Assembly (NCBI GenBank): GCA_035457525.1
Contig: DATIBN010000268.1
Span: 1-61,271, forward strand
DNA: 61,271 nucleotides
Origin: Thermoanaerobaculia bacterium
GTDB lineage: Bacteria; Acidobacteriota; Thermoanaerobaculia; UBA5066; Gp7-AA6
Direction: 5' to 3'
Positions 19,698-28,082 of the stretch are shown here, piece after piece (position 1 is the stretch's first letter; each line of letters opens with the position of its first letter). Made by a program: the position numbers and the translations under genes. The notes beneath the pieces were generated by a model. It had not been told where the DNA came from, did no database searches, and saw nothing but the letters and a program-made list of their open reading frames with translations.

Positions 19698-20915
19698 TCA
19701 TCCCTTGATCTGCGACATGATCTTGAAGATGGGCAGATACACCGACAGCAGGATCGTGACGATGATGCCCCCCATCATCACGAGGATCGCCGGCTCGACG
19801 AGCGTGATCACCCGCGCGAGCAGGACGTCGATCTCCTCGTCGTAGAAGTCCGACACCGCCGTCAACATTTCCTCGAGTGCCCCCGAAGTCTCGCCGACCT
19901 TGATCATCTCGATCGTCAGGTTGGTGAAGATGCCGGTCGATTCGAGCGCCTGCCACAGCTCGCCCCCCTCGCGCACCTTCGGGATGACCTCGCGGACGCG
20001 CTTGGCGATGTGACGGTTGCTGATCGCTTCGCCCGCGTTCTCGAGACTCGGGACGAGAGGAGTCCCGCCCCCGAGGAGCGTCGCGAGGCTGCGCGTGAAC
20101 TGCGTGATCGCGAACCGTCGAAAGAGCCCCCCCAGGAACGGGAGCCTCAAGAGAGTCCGGTCCGACCACTCCCGGCCCGCCGGCGTGCGGAGCCACCGCC
20201 ACGCGAGCCACGCCCCGGCCGCGATGGCCGGGAAGAGCCAAAGGGCGTTGTCGCGGAGGAAAGCGGCAATACCGACGACGATCACCGTCAGGAGCGGCAG
20301 GTCGGCCTGGAAGTCCGCGAAGAAGTCCTGGAACTTCGGGATCACCACGGTCATGAGGATCGTGATGAGCACGGCCGAGAGGAGCATGAGGATCGCGGGA
20401 TACACGAGCGTCGAAATGACCTTGCGCGAGATCGCCATGACCGTCTTCTGGTACTTCAGGTAACGGCGCAGGACGCTCTCGATCTCGCCCGATTTCTCGC
20501 CGGCCTTGAGCGACGTCCAGTAGAGACGCGGGAAGAGATCCCCCTGCTCGGCGAACGCTTCCGAGATCGACGCGCCGGAGTTCACGCGGTCCTTCACGTC
20601 CGCGAGGACCGCCCGGAGAGCCGGGCTCTCCTGACGTTCGAGGAGGATCTCGAACGAGCGCACGACCGGCAGGCCGGCCTTCAAGAGCGCGATGATTTCC
20701 TGGTTGAAGACCAGGAAGTCCGCCATCTTGATGCGCCCTTTCTTTCCGGAACGGCGGCCGCCCGGAAGGACGAGCCCGTGCCGGCGGACCTCGAACACGT
20801 GGCCGCCGCGCCGCTCGATCTCGGCCTGCGCGGCTTTCGAGTCGGGGGCGAGGATCGACTCTTCGGCGACGGAACCGTCGGGCCAGCCCGCCTTGATCGA
20901 GAACTGCGGGCTCAC
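19698..20915 (-). CDS. GspF/PilC-family polytopic platform protein
   Basis: 405 aa with two GspF repeats (..ALLKAGLPVVRSFEIL.. and ..TLLGGGTPLVPSLENA..) and three TM segments. GTG start with GTGA overlap. Confidence 0.9.
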   Translation of the reverse strand: MSPQFSIKAGWPDGSVAEESILAPDSKAAQAEIERRGGHVFEVRRHGLVLPGGRRSGKKGRIKMADFLVFNQEIIALLKAGLPVVRSFEILLERQESPALRAVLADVKDRVNSGASISEAFAEQGDLFPRLYWTSLKAGEKSGEIESVLRRYLKYQKTVMAISRKVISTLVYPAILMLLSAVLITILMTVVIPKFQDFFADFQADLPLLTVIVVGIAAFLRDNALWLFPAIAAGAWLAWRWLRTPAGREWSDRTLLRLPFLGGLFRRFAITQFTRSLATLLGGGTPLVPSLENAGEAISNRHIAKRVREVIPKVREGGELWQALESTGIFTNLTIEMIKVGETSGALEEMLTAVSDFYDEEIDVLLARVITLVEPAILVMMGGIIVTILLSVYLPIFKIMSQIKG

Positions 20916-21658
20916 GGCTTCTTCTCCACGCGCTTCTGGCCGTCCGTTCCCTTTTCCGCGCCGGCGCGCGGCGTCTCCTGCGCGAGCAGGATCAGGATGA
21001 GCGCGTTCTTCGAGCCTTCCTCCTTCGACGCGCCCACCACGAGCGTCTGGTTCAGGGTGAGCGGCATCGGCGCGCGGTAGAGCGCGACCGGGACGATACG
21101 GCCCTGCGCGTTCCGGCGCAGGCGCGAGAGCGAGAACGGCGAGAGCAGGAGCTGGTCGCCGGATCCGGAGGGCTCGATCCAGAAGTTGAGCATGTAGGAG
21201 TCGGCCTCTTCGCCGAGTTGGGCCGCGACGGGTCCGCCCTCGATGCCCCGCATCACGGTCGAGTCGATCAGGCTGTAGTCGTTGAACTGGAAGAGGGACT
21301 TGAGCTTCGCGCCCATGCCGCCGATCTCGCGGTCGATCGAGCCCGCCGCCACTTCCGCCCGGGCGCGAACGAGCTTGATCGCGAACGTGAAGCCGCGCGG
21401 CGGCGCGTCGAACTGCGCGATCACCCGGGAGATCATGCGCAGGTTCTCTTCCCGATCGGTGACCGTGATCGCCTTCAGGCGCGGGGTCAGCGTGACCGTT
21501 CCCGCGTCGGAGAGGTGCGGCCGGATCAGGAGAGCGGCCTCCTCGACCTGGCGGTACTTCAGGATGAAGACCTTGACCGCAGCTTCCTCCGCCGCGAAGA
21601 TCGCGGGCGCGAAGAGCGAAAAGGCCCCGAGGGCCGCGGCGAAAATCTTCTTTCTCAC
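20912..21658 (-). CDS. Secreted protein with a secretin N-terminal (NolW-like) domain but no full secretin pore domain
   Basis: Signal peptide MRKKIFAAALGAFSLFAPAIFA. VKVFILKYRQVEEAALLIRPHLSDAGTVTLTPRLKAITVTDREENLRMISRVIAQFD matches the secretin N-domain pattern. Only 248 aa in total. GTG start. Confidence 0.55.
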   Translation of the reverse strand: MRKKIFAAALGAFSLFAPAIFAAEEAAVKVFILKYRQVEEAALLIRPHLSDAGTVTLTPRLKAITVTDREENLRMISRVIAQFDAPPRGFTFAIKLVRARAEVAAGSIDREIGGMGAKLKSLFQFNDYSLIDSTVMRGIEGGPVAAQLGEEADSYMLNFWIEPSGSGDQLLLSPFSLSRLRRNAQGRIVPVALYRAPMPLTLNQTLVVGASKEEGSKNALILILLAQETPRAGAEKGTDGQKRVEKKP

Positions 21659-21701
21659 GCGAATAAAAACCCCGCCCCCTGACGGGAGCTTTTCGACCTG
21701 T

Positions 21702-21741
21702 GAACTGCTTCGGGTTCAGGCCCGCAGGACCTGTCCCCGCG
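21702..21741. repeat. Inverted-orientation copy of the 9771 repeat family
   Basis: GAACTGCTTCGGGTTCAGGCCCGCAGGACCTGTCCCCGCG compared with the reverse complement of the 9771 unit, GAACTGCGGCGGGTGCAGGTCCGCTGGACCTGTCCCCGCG. Lies between the anti-sigma stop and the operon start. Confidence 0.75.
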
Positions 21742-21746
21742 GCGTC

Positions 21747-22280
21747 TTAAATATCGAGCGAGCGATCCACGATCCAGACGACCCTCGGCTCCTCGCTCGC
21801 CGCTCCCGGGTTCCAGTCGTAGATGGTCGCTTCCGCCGGGAACGTCCCGGAGGGCGCGGTCTGCGCCGCCGGTGCGAAGCCCGCCGGCGCCGACGGCGCG
21901 GCTGCGACCGGGCTGGCCGGACGGCGAGCCGCGGGCCGGCTTCCCGGCAGCACGAGAGTCATCGCCGCGAGCGCCGCGGCCGACGCCGCCGCCGCGACGC
22001 GGTGGCGCCCCCGATTGCGGGCGCGGCCGGCGCGGCGTTCCGCCTCGGCGAGCGCGATCCCTGCGCGCACGCCGGTGAGCACCCGCGCGACGTCGTCGGA
22101 GGAAACGTCCTCCGCGCGGACGCGCGCGAAGACGAGCGACGGTTCGATCTCGAGGACGGTTTCGCGGCACGCCTCGCAGGAGCCGATGTGCTCCCGGTAC
22201 GTCCGGCGGTCTTCCGTCGAGAGACCGTCCTCGAGGTACTCGGGGAGCCGGCCGCGAACGGTCTCGCAGAGAGCGTTCAC
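21747..22280 (-). CDS. Anti-sigma factor (zf-HC2 type), single TM
   Basis: GTG at 22280 (GTGA overlap with the sigma stop). C..VR..L..YLDG.L......HI..C..C pattern (CETVRGRLPEYLEDGL...HIGSCEACR), then a TM AAAASAAALAAMTLVL. It is only the last 177 codons of the 966-aa ORF in the track. Confidence 0.7.
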   Translation of the reverse strand: MNALCETVRGRLPEYLEDGLSTEDRRTYREHIGSCEACRETVLEIEPSLVFARVRAEDVSSDDVARVLTGVRAGIALAEAERRAGRARNRGRHRVAAAASAAALAAMTLVLPGSRPAARRPASPVAAAPSAPAGFAPAAQTAPSGTFPAEATIYDWNPGAASEEPRVVWIVDRSLDI

Positions 22281-22903
22281 GAACGCCTCCGCTCGAGCAG
22301 GCCCGGGCAGATCTTGGCGATCTCGCGGCGCAGGATGCGTCGCGCGTTGAACAGGTGGTTCCGCACCGTGGATTCGCCGCACTCGAGGATGCGGGCGATC
22401 TCCTTGGTGTCCCGGTCTTCCATCTCCTTGAGCACGAAGACGGCCTTCTGCTTCCCGGTCAGCCGGGACGAGACCGTCTGGAAGAGCCGCGTGAGCTCCG
22501 CGTCCTCGACCGCGTTCGTCGTCTGAGACCCGGTCATTTCCTCCCGCAGGCGGACGAGGTGGAGCGTGGCCCCGTGCGCCCGCTCCCGGCTCCGGGTGCT
22601 CCGGAGGAAGTCGATCGAGAGGTTCGTCGCAATCCGGTAGAGCCACGTGTTGAACGAGAACTTCTCGTCGTACCGGGAGATCTGCTCCCAGACGCGCAGG
22701 AAGACGAGCTGGGCGACGTCGCGGGCGTCCTCGCCGTCGCCGACGATGCGGCGCGCCACCGAGACGACGGCAGGGGTCTTCCGGACAACGAGGGCCTCGA
22801 AGGAGACCATGTCTCCCCCGCGGGCCCGGAGGGCGAGCTCGCTGTCGGTCGCCTCGACGGCCTCCCGACGCTCCCGGTTTTCGCTGTAAACGAGCTCCAT
22901 CAT
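22277..22903 (-). CDS. ECF (sigma-70 family) RNA polymerase sigma factor
   Basis: Region 2 (DVAQLVFLRVWEQISRYD...FNTWLYRIATNLSIDFLR) and region 4 (KQKAVFVLKEMEDRDTKEIARILECGESTVRNHLFNARR). An alternative start at ATG 23056 has a better AAGAGG Shine-Dalgarno sequence. Confidence 0.8.
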   Translation of the reverse strand: MMELVYSENRERREAVEATDSELALRARGGDMVSFEALVVRKTPAVVSVARRIVGDGEDARDVAQLVFLRVWEQISRYDEKFSFNTWLYRIATNLSIDFLRSTRSRERAHGATLHLVRLREEMTGSQTTNAVEDAELTRLFQTVSSRLTGKQKAVFVLKEMEDRDTKEIARILECGESTVRNHLFNARRILRREIAKICPGLLERRRS

Positions 22904-22909
22904 GCTCTG

Positions 22910-22945
22910 GACTGCGGCGGGTGCAGGTTGAAACCTGTCCCCGCG
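22910..22945. repeat. Shortened copy of the 9771 repeat family, 6 nt upstream of the sigma factor ATG
   Basis: GACTGCGGCGGGTGCAGGTTGAAACCTGTCCCCGCG, read directly. 36 nt long. Confidence 0.75.
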
Positions 22946-23138
22946 ACCTTCCTGGGTCCTCCCGGCCGTTATACGGAGCGGCAACGCTTCCCGTCGCCCG
23001 GTTTCTTCCGGGGGGGTCCCCGCCTCGCCCGATTCCGGGCCGTCGTCGTCCTTCATGCGATAACCTCTTGAATGGTAAAACGTTGTGGCGACGCGGGCAA
23101 GGGGAGGTTCCGCTTCTCTGCAGCATAATCGCGGCGGA

Positions 23139-24404
23139 ATGCTCTGGTACCGGATCCTCGCGGGGGGTGCGCTCATCGCCTACTCCCCGGTCGCGCTGCT
23201 GCGGGCCCTGACCGGACGGCGCCGGCCGGGCGACATCCGCGGCCGCCTGGGCCTGCGCCCCTGGCCGGATCTCGCCGGCGGGGTCTGGATCCACGCCGTG
23301 TCGGTCGGGGAAGTCGGCGTGGCCTCGAGCCTCCTTCCGGCGCTCGTGCGGCGGGCCCCCGGGCGGCGATTCGGGCTCTCGACGACGACGGAAGCCGGCT
23401 CGGAGCTCGCCCGCCGCCTCGCCCCCGACGGGGTAGCGGTCTTCCCTTTCCCCTTCGATCTCGCGGCCCCGGTCGAGAGGGCCCTGTCCGAGATCCGACC
23501 CGGTCTCGTCCTCCTGACCGAGACGGAGCTCTGGCCGCTCTTTCTCGCGCGCGCCGCGGAGCGCGGGATCCCCGTGGCCCTCGTCAACGGGCGGATCTCC
23601 GAGCGGTCCTTCCCCCGATACCGGCTCTTCCGGCGATGGTTCTCGCGGGCGCTCGGCAACGTGGCGCTCTTCGTGATGCAGAGCGACGACGACGCGCGGC
23701 GGATCGAAGCGCTCGGCGCGCCGCCGTCGAAGATCCGCGTCCACGGCAACGTCAAGTACGACCTGCCTCCGGCGCCCGCGTTCGCCGACGCGGACCGGCT
23801 CCACGCCGCCGCCGCGGGGCGCCCCGTCGTCGTTGCCGCCTCCACCGACGAAGCCGAAGAGGAGTCGGTCGTCGCCGCGGCGAAGGCGATCGCGGCGGAC
23901 GCGCTCGTGGCGATCGTCCCGAGGCGGCCGGAGCGGTTCGACGAGGTCGCCCGCCGGGCCGAGGCCGCGGGACTCCGGGTCCTCCGGCGGACCGGGAAGG
24001 ACCGCGGCCGCGCGGACGTCTACCTTCTCGACACGATCGGAGAGCTGCGCGGCCTGTACGCGCAGGCGAAGCTCGCGTTCGTCGGCGGAAGCCTCGTCGC
24101 CCGGGGCGGGCACAACCCGATCGAGGCCTGGGCTTCCGGCGTCCCGGTGATCACGGGTCCGCACACGGAGAACTTCCGCGAGGTCTTCGCGAAAGGGGAA
24201 GAGCTCGGCATCGCGACGCGCGTGGCGGACGGCCGCGGGCTGGCGAACCGCATGGCCCGCGAGCTCTCCGCGCCGGACCTCGCCGCGCGCGGCGAGGCGG
24301 CCCGGGCGTTCGTCGAGGCGAGCCGGGGAGCGGCGGACGCCACGGCGGCCGACGTCGTGGCGCTCCTCGACGCGGCGACCGCAGAGGGAGGAGCAACCGG
24401 GTGA
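23139..24404 (+). CDS. waaA: 3-deoxy-D-manno-octulosonic acid (Kdo) transferase
   Basis: MLWYRILAGGALIAYSP...WIHAVSVGEV...TETELWP...GGSLVARGGHNPIEAWASG, the conserved WaaA/KdtA blocks. Confidence 0.9.
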   Translation: MLWYRILAGGALIAYSPVALLRALTGRRRPGDIRGRLGLRPWPDLAGGVWIHAVSVGEVGVASSLLPALVRRAPGRRFGLSTTTEAGSELARRLAPDGVAVFPFPFDLAAPVERALSEIRPGLVLLTETELWPLFLARAAERGIPVALVNGRISERSFPRYRLFRRWFSRALGNVALFVMQSDDDARRIEALGAPPSKIRVHGNVKYDLPPAPAFADADRLHAAAAGRPVVVAASTDEAEEESVVAAAKAIAADALVAIVPRRPERFDEVARRAEAAGLRVLRRTGKDRGRADVYLLDTIGELRGLYAQAKLAFVGGSLVARGGHNPIEAWASGVPVITGPHTENFREVFAKGEELGIATRVADGRGLANRMARELSAPDLAARGEAARAFVEASRGAADATAADVVALLDAATAEGGATG

Positions 24405-25483
24405 GACCGACGCGGCTCCCGGGACCGTTTCTGCGCGCGGCGCTCCGGCCGCTCTCCTCGCTCTACGGCCGGGCGCTCGAGACCCGCGCGCGCCTCTACC
24501 GCTCCGGAGCGCTCCCGTCGGAGCGCGTCCCCTGTCCCGTCGTCTCCGTCGGAAACCTGACGTTCGGCGGCACCGGGAAGACGCCGTTCGTCGAGTTTCT
24601 CGCGCGCCGGCTTCGTTTCGAGGGAAGGCGGCCCGCCGTCGTCTCACGCGGATACGGCCGCGAGTCGAAGGGCGTCGTGGTGGTTTCGGAGGGGAGCGGA
24701 CCGCTCGTCGGCGCCGACGCCGGGGGCGACGAGCCGGTCGCCATCGCCCGCCGCGTGCCGGGGACGATCGTCGTCGTCGGCGCGCGGCGCACGGAAGCCG
24801 CGAAGACGGCGATCGACCGCGGAGCCGACCTCATCCTCCTGGACGACGGTTTCCAGCACCTCGCGATCGAGCGCGACGCGGACCTCCTGCTCGTGGACGC
24901 GACCGACCCGTTCGGCGGTGGCAGGCTCCCGCCCGCCGGGAGGCTTCGCGAACCGATGTCGGCGCTCGCGCGCGCGGACGCCTTCGTCCTGACGCGGGTC
25001 GATCGCGCGGAGCCGTCCCGGGAGACGCTCTCCGCGCTCACGCGCTGGAACCCGGACGCGCCCGTCTTCCGCGCCCGCATCCGCCCGGCGGGCCTCTGGG
25101 ACGAGCGCGGGTCGGCGCTCGCCGATCCGCGATCTCTCGCCCGCCGCTTCGTCGCCGTCTGCGGGATCGCAAACCCCGCCGGGTTCTCGAGGTCGATGAC
25201 GGAGCTCGACCTGGCTCCCGAGGAGCTCCTCGCCTTTCCCGACCACCACCGATACGCGACGAGCGACCTGGAGCGTATCCGTCGCGCCGCGGATCGGACG
25301 GGAAGCGCGTGGATCCTGACGACCGAAAAGGACGCCGTGAAGCTCGAGGGAAAGACGACGCTCCCCGTGATCGCGCTGAGGCTCGAAGTGGAGGTCGAGG
25401 AGGCGGGCTTCTTTCCCTTCCTCCAGTCGCGGATTTCGGACCCGTCCCCGGCGGCTCGCGCGGCCTCGGCGCCGCGCTCATGA
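24401..25483 (+). CDS. lpxK: Tetraacyldisaccharide 4'-kinase
   Basis: GTG at 24401 (GTGA overlap). P-loop VGNLTFGGTGKTP, VSRGYG, LDDGFQH. Confidence 0.9.
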   Translation: MRPTRLPGPFLRAALRPLSSLYGRALETRARLYRSGALPSERVPCPVVSVGNLTFGGTGKTPFVEFLARRLRFEGRRPAVVSRGYGRESKGVVVVSEGSGPLVGADAGGDEPVAIARRVPGTIVVVGARRTEAAKTAIDRGADLILLDDGFQHLAIERDADLLLVDATDPFGGGRLPPAGRLREPMSALARADAFVLTRVDRAEPSRETLSALTRWNPDAPVFRARIRPAGLWDERGSALADPRSLARRFVAVCGIANPAGFSRSMTELDLAPEELLAFPDHHRYATSDLERIRRAADRTGSAWILTTEKDAVKLEGKTTLPVIALRLEVEVEEAGFFPFLQSRISDPSPAARAASAPRS

Positions 25484-26475
25484 GCGCGCCGGGGGAAACC
25501 GCCGCGGCGGCTGACGGAGGCGCCCCGCCGTCCGTGCGCGGACGCGGCAAGCGCCGGCGGCGGTCCCTTCTGCGGCAGCGCGCCGAGCTCCTGCTCTTCC
25601 GTCTCGCGACGGGAGGTCTCGCGACGCTGCCACGCGCCGCGGCTCGCCGCGTGCTCCGCGCCGCCGCGAAGGCGGTCTTCTTCCTCATCCCGTCGCGCCG
25701 CCGGATCCTCGTGGCGAATCTCACGGCGGCGTTCCCCGACGAGGCACCGGCGGAGGTCGCGGCGATCGGCGAGCGATCGCTCGAGGTCTTCGCGAGCTCG
25801 CTCGTCGACTTCCTGGAGACGGCACGGCTCTCGCGGGAGGAGCTCCTCGCTCGTGTCCGGGTCGTGGGCGAGGAGCACCTGCGCGCCGCCCGCGCCCGCG
25901 GAAAGGGGGTCTTTCTGCTCTCGGCTCACCTCGGGAACTGGGAGGTCGGGGCTCTCGTCGCCGGACTCCTCGGGGAGCCCATCTCTCCGGTCGCCCGGCC
26001 GCTCGACAACCCGCTTCTCGAGCAGGAGCTCGATTCGCTGCGCCGCCGTTTCGGCAACCGGCCGATCGCGAAGAGAGAGGCGGCGAAGGAGCTCCTGCGG
26101 GCCATGAGCCGCAACGAGACCGTCGCGATCCTGGTGGATCAGAACGTCCTGCCGCGCGAGGCCGTCTTCGTTCCGTTCTTCGGACGCCCCGCCGCGACCA
26201 CGCCGGCGCTCGCGCGCATCCACCTGAAGACGGGCGCGGCCGTCGTCCCCGTGTTCACGTGGCCGGAAGGCGACGGCCGTTATCGCCTCGAATTCGAGAC
26301 CCCGATCCTGGCCGGGGAGTTCGGCGGCCCGGAGGTCGAGCGCGACGAGCGCGTACGCCGGGCGACCGCGCGCTACATGGAGGTCACGGAGGCGGCGATC
26401 CGGAAGGACCCCGCGGCGTGGCTCTGGATACACGACCGCTGGAAGACGAAGCCGCCCGAACAAGGTCATCCGTGA
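25480..26475 (+). CDS. Lipid A biosynthesis (Kdo2-lipid IVA) late acyltransferase, LpxL/HtrB family
   Basis: ATGA overlap with lpxK. SAHLGNWEV catalytic block, ...ILVDQN..., and WLWIHDRWK at the C-terminus, typical of the family. Confidence 0.8.
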   Translation: MSAPGETAAAADGGAPPSVRGRGKRRRRSLLRQRAELLLFRLATGGLATLPRAAARRVLRAAAKAVFFLIPSRRRILVANLTAAFPDEAPAEVAAIGERSLEVFASSLVDFLETARLSREELLARVRVVGEEHLRAARARGKGVFLLSAHLGNWEVGALVAGLLGEPISPVARPLDNPLLEQELDSLRRRFGNRPIAKREAAKELLRAMSRNETVAILVDQNVLPREAVFVPFFGRPAATTPALARIHLKTGAAVVPVFTWPEGDGRYRLEFETPILAGEFGGPEVERDERVRRATARYMEVTEAAIRKDPAAWLWIHDRWKTKPPEQGHP

Positions 26476-27473
26476 GATCGCGTCGGGGCAGGCTCGTCAT
26501 CGCTCCGAACTGGATCGGGGACGCGGTCATGTCGCTGCCTGTGCTTCGTTCTCTACGAGCGGCGGCGCCCGACGACCCGCTCGTCGTGCTCGCGCCGCGC
26601 GGCCCGGCTGCGATCTACCGGGCCGACGGAGCCGCGGGACACGTGCGCACGGTCGCGGGACTCGTGGCGGATTCGCTCGCAGTCGCGCGGGAGCGTTTCG
26701 CCGAGGCGTGGCTCCTGCCGAACTCGTTCCGCTCCGCGCTCGTTCCCTTTCTCGCCGGGATTCCCGAGCGCATCGGATACGCGACCGACGGCCGCGCGCC
26801 GCTCCTGACCCGCGCCCTCGCCCGGCCTCCCGCCGACGATCATCAGCTCCGTGACTACGACCCGCTCCTGCGCTCGCGCGGCATCGAACCGGACCCGGGG
26901 CCGCCGCGGCTCGCGATTCCTCCCGAGGCTGCCCGCCGGGCGGACGCCGCGCTCCTCCGATCCGCGGGCGCCGCGGGCGCGCCGCCCGTCGTGCTCGCTC
27001 CGGGGGCCGCGTTCTCGTGGACGAAGAGGTGGCCGCCGGACCGGTTCGGACGCCTCGCGAAAGAGCTTCGCGATCGCGGGATCGCGCCCGCCGTCGCGAT
27101 CGGCCCGGGCGAAGAGGATCTCGCCCGCGCCGTGTCGGGCGCCGCCGGATTCCCGATCCCGGTCCTGGGCGCGGACCTCGATCCCGTCGAGCTCGCCGGA
27201 GCCCTGGCGCGGGCGCGCGTCGTCGTCACGAACGACTCGGGGCCCATGCACCTGGCGGCCGCGGTGGGAACTCCCGTCGTCGCGCTCTTCGGGCCGACGG
27301 ATCCGGGGCGGACCGGCCCAACCGGCTCGCCTTCCGTCGTGCTGGACCGCTACGTGTTCTGTTCGCCGTGCTACTTGAAGGTGTGCCCGTACGCGCACGA
27401 GTGCATGACGGGGATCGAGGTGCGTGAGGTCCTGGCGGCCGTGGAGCGGCTGTTGACCCGGTCTAGCCCTTGA
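26472..27473 (+). CDS. waaF: ADP-heptose:LPS heptosyltransferase II (GT9)
   Basis: GTGA overlap. APNWIGDAVMSLP, LPNSFRSALVPFLAGIPERIGY (close to E. coli WaaF LPNSFKSALVPFFAGIPHRTGW), TNDSGPMHLAAAVGTP. Confidence 0.85.
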   Translation: MRSRRGRLVIAPNWIGDAVMSLPVLRSLRAAAPDDPLVVLAPRGPAAIYRADGAAGHVRTVAGLVADSLAVARERFAEAWLLPNSFRSALVPFLAGIPERIGYATDGRAPLLTRALARPPADDHQLRDYDPLLRSRGIEPDPGPPRLAIPPEAARRADAALLRSAGAAGAPPVVLAPGAAFSWTKRWPPDRFGRLAKELRDRGIAPAVAIGPGEEDLARAVSGAAGFPIPVLGADLDPVELAGALARARVVVTNDSGPMHLAAAVGTPVVALFGPTDPGRTGPTGSPSVVLDRYVFCSPCYLKVCPYAHECMTGIEVREVLAAVERLLTRSSP

Positions 27474-28047
27474 GCTCCGTGTTCCAGTAGGCCACGTCGA
27501 GGAAGTTGCGCCACGCGGGGTGCAGCTTGTTCGAGCCGAAGTGGCCGACCGGGTGCCATCGCGGCTTTCGCGGGGGACCGATCAACCGCATCGAGGCCTC
27601 GGACGGCGTGCGGTTGCCCTTCTTCACGTTGCAGGAAAGGCATGCGCAGACGACGTTGTCCCAGGAGGAATGCCCTCCCCGCGAAAGCGGAATGACGTGG
27701 TCGAGCGAGAGCTCCGACGACGTGAACTTGTGCCCGCAGTACTGGCACCGGTTTCCGTCCCGGAGGTAGATGTTGTGGCGCGAGAACTTCACTTCCTGCC
27801 TCGGGAGGCGGTCGAAGCTCTTGAGCGCCACGACCCGCGGCACGCGGATCGCCATCGACGGAGTCAGGACGACTTCGTCCTGCGGCTGAACGGGGATGTC
27901 GCACCAGTTCTCGAACTCGTAGGTCGAGTAATCCGGCAGGACGGCGCGGACATGCCCCTTGTAGAAGAGCGTGAACGCCTTCCGCACGGACGTAACGTGG
28001 ACCGCCTGGAAGACGCGGTTTAGGACGAGAACCTGAGAGTCGAGCAT
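27463..28047 (-). CDS. HNH endonuclease family protein
   Basis: 194 aa. CQYCGHKF...LSLDHVIPLSRGGHSSWDNVVCACLSCNVKKG is a complete HNH/zinc-finger motif. Its 3' end overlaps the waaF 3' end by 11 nt (convergent). Confidence 0.85.
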   Translation of the reverse strand: MLDSQVLVLNRVFQAVHVTSVRKAFTLFYKGHVRAVLPDYSTYEFENWCDIPVQPQDEVVLTPSMAIRVPRVVALKSFDRLPRQEVKFSRHNIYLRDGNRCQYCGHKFTSSELSLDHVIPLSRGGHSSWDNVVCACLSCNVKKGNRTPSEASMRLIGPPRKPRWHPVGHFGSNKLHPAWRNFLDVAYWNTELKG

Positions 28048-28050
28048 TCG

Positions 28051-28076
28051 TTGACCGAAAACGGCGTCATTATATA
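28051..28076 (+). promoter_or_regulatory. Possible sigma-70-type promoter for hldA (TTGACC ... TATATA/TATAGC), nearly leaderless
   Basis: TTGACC at 28051-28056 and the AT-rich TATATAGC at 28071-28078, in the only AT-rich patch of the 35-nt divergent gap before ATG 28083. Spacer is 14-16 nt depending on the hexamer chosen, so the match is weak. Confidence 0.25.
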
Positions 28077-28082
28077 GCGCCG

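Noticed and set aside
21747-24647. 966-aa - strand ORF
   Set aside because: Only its last 177 codons (the zf-HC2 anti-sigma factor) look real. The rest runs antisense through waaA and out of frame through the sigma factor gene, and is Arg/Pro-rich.
27463-28047. HNH endonuclease as part of a restriction-modification or other defence system
   Set aside because: There is no adjacent methyltransferase, ATPase, toxin/antitoxin or other partner gene. The flanks are LPS biosynthesis genes, and I saw no compositional anomaly. Retained only as a low-interest finding.
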